Positions 61,551-64,000 of a stretch of 64,000 nucleotides of DNA are shown in pieces. The notes beneath the pieces are model-generated. The model had not been told where the DNA came from, did not search any database, and saw only the letters and a list, made by a program, of their open reading frames with translations. The translations under genes and the position numbers were made by a program. Origin of the DNA: Macrostomum hystrix. Its lineage: Eukaryota > Animalia > Platyhelminthes. How positions within the stretch are numbered: the first letter of the stretch is position 1; every line of letters starts with the position of its first letter. Where the stretch lies: the NCBI GenBank assembly GCA_950097015.1, contig CATNEN010000039.1, positions 18,166,001-18,230,000 on the forward strand, given 5' to 3'.

Positions 61551-63289
61551 CTATCAAACAAGAACTAACACAGAGGCATGCACAAAAAAGCAAGCTCGCT
61601 TGAAATAATTACCCTGTTCTATGTAGATATTTTTGTTTAATCATAGCTAATTCTGACCTTTAGGCTTTGATTTTTTTGCTTGACACAACTTTTGGAACCA
61701 GATAGAACAAATGTTAAAAAACATTTTTGCTAATTTAACTCATTTAGAGTTTAACAAATATCACAAACATTTGGTCAAGATAGGCAGATAGCCATGGCAA
61801 GCTAGAATGAAAATTCTAGAAACCAGTCTTCAATTCCAAACTCTTCTATAAACAAAATATACTTTTTGTGTTACAAAACATTTTGCTTTACACTACCCTA
61901 TATATTGCTAAACAAATTATTCAGATTTTTTGCTACACCTGTTTGTTTCAATTAAGCGAAAATTATGATTAACCACAATATAACCTGTAAATCACAAAAA
62001 GACCCATCAAAGATCAAAAGACCAACTAGCCATCACAAAAAGACCGAATGCTATCAAATTTGCAAAAAAATCTGAATAACATCTATACGACTATATATAA
62101 GCAGATAGGGCCTAACTAAATTTTTGTAGAACAGGATAGGTTGTAATTGCTAGCTATCTAACAAATAAAAATAATAATCATGAAAAAATTGGCCTTAAAG
62201 CAAACAAGTGCCACTGTTAGCAATAATGCACAAAGTTATTGCTTATTTGCCTATTTTAATAAGATGACTAAAATGTAAAAAAATACTAAGTATTGTTTTT
62301 TTATTCATTTAGACTTGATATTATTAATAATATAGTAACGTTACTTAACTGACATTTAAATCAAGAAACATAACAATAGGGTTAATAATAAAACTACTTT
62401 TATAATATATTTTAAAATATTTCTGCCAGAGCTCTATATCATATTTAAGACATCTCACATGTGAATAATTTGCAAGTTCCAAGCTAATAAATATGACAAA
62501 AATGGTATATAAATATAACAGCGACAGTCGATTGCAAATGGCCTGTAAAGGGCAATGTGTATCATATGCTTCTTTCGTAAGTTTTTGTGTTGTGTAGATA
62601 TTTCTAAGAAATATAAACTTTTAATTTAGGCAATGTAGTACATGGAGCACATAATATTGTACTGCTTTAATACCCTCAAAACGTGCTATTTTTTACCACA
62701 CATTTTATAAGACTACGGAACATTGTCTTGAGTAATTTTTCATTTGTTTAATATTTTTGTTGTAACTAGACAAAATTCGTTTTAAGTTTGAACACGAAGT
62801 CCGACGGGCATTTATCAGATTTATCAGATATGGTAGACACATATTCCAAGTGGTCCTTGCTCAAAAGATGAGAATTTGTTGTACTTTTAGAAAAATTAAG
62901 AGGCCCATCAGTACTAAGAGCTCTGCAGCCGCACATTGTTACAGACTTTCATCACTTCGTACTTTATTATCCATGTCAGCTAGGCTTGATTTGTAAATGT
63001 CTGGCCCAGAGAGATTCTGAGTAGCTAAATTATAATTTGATAAGCTTTTCTGGTGGCCCAAGCTGCTTTAAAGAACAGTGCGGCTGAGGTGCGGTCAGTT
63101 TTTATTAGTTCATAAATCACGGATGAAAACTTCAGGGTGATCTGGACACCAACCATGCGCTCGATCGAACGTCTTCATCAAGTAGTTATGCATCAGAGGG
63201 TAGACTGCAGCTGCGCTTTGAAATTACGATCGTGTGGCCCACAATGAGCCAATTAAGGCTCAGGGCGCAGTCGGAGGTGCGATGTATGT

Positions 63290-64000
63290 CGGATTGAAAC
63301 AGTGGCAGCTGGAGGTGCACCATATGCACCACCTTCGGGTCTGTCCTTCTGCCGATCCTGATTAGCAGAACTGGCAATTGAGGAGCCCGCGAACGTCGAC
63401 TTCCAACTGCAGCACGCTGCTCTGCCCGAAGGTTTTCTGGTCAAGGATGTTCAGGTAAGTTTTAGAGTCAAATGTTTATTTGGGTTATTGCATTATTAAT
63501 GTTATAGTAAACATGATTGTCTTTTATTGCATCTTCCAAAGCAACCAGGCAGGCGACACTTGCTGTTTGCAACTTAGCTAATGCTCACTCTGCTGTGCCA
63601 AGCTGATGCATGGTACATGGATGGCACTCTTTACGTTTTGAACGCACCGTTTGCACAGCTGTTATTAGCATCCATGTCTTAATTAGCGGCCCACAAGCGA
63701 CAATAAGAAGCAGGTCCCGCGGTCCTATTCGCAACGTCCAGGTGGCAGCGCGAAGACTCGCAGTCTTGTGTCACACGCACAACCTACGACTTTTGTCATG
63801 GACTTCGAGGCCGCTGCTCGGCGGGCCGTGAGGCAAATTAACTGTTTCCGCACGCTCAACTTAGTGGCTGCGCTTTCCACTATACGCAGGTGCGTGTTGT
63901 AGTAACAAATCGTTTTATCATTGTAACGTAATTGAGACTTTTACGAATTACGTAATGGCTTTCAGGCCATCTACTGCCACATTATTCTGCAAAGTACCGG
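63290..64000 (+). pseudogene. Degenerate Mutator-like (MULE) transposase with spliceosomal introns, running off the window
   Basis: Fragments LPEGFLVKDVQ | RRHLLFAT*...WYMDGT...APFAQL...SIH...QVP...FVMDFEAAA...FPHAQLSGCAFHYTQ | AIY match the MULE DDE motifs (DGT, DFE, CxFH). Internal stop and frameshifts. Introns about 63455-63541 and 63890-63965. Confidence 0.85.

Overview
Eukaryotic (animal) genomic DNA with spliceosomal introns. Roughly half of the window, by my rough sum, is made up of about 34 distinct micro- and minisatellite arrays. GC-rich, CAG-rich exons among AT-rich, repeat-filled introns resemble the flatworm Macrostomum, but the organism is an inference. Genes reconstructed by hand: an intronless G-protein gamma subunit (1464-1664, -); a two-exon orphan gene (4234-6033, +); an intronless orphan membrane protein with about four TM segments (9581-10768, +); a neuregulin/vein-like Ig-EGF-TM ligand gene largely missed by the ORF track (nine phase-consistent exons at 15296-36360, -, plus tentative 5' exons to 49321); ANKMY2 (57469-61269, -); and a decayed intron-containing MULE transposase at the right edge. 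Two tRNA-derived SINE-like families are present. Nearly all long ORFs in the track are tandem-repeat artefacts. The most unusual observations are a foldback-like inverted pair of 20-bp minisatellite arrays (45742-48120), two to three GC-AG introns among about 16 introns, and the dense spacing of locally unique, mostly 14-24-bp minisatellites whose neighbours sometimes share inverted cores. I found no clearly novel protein-coding system.
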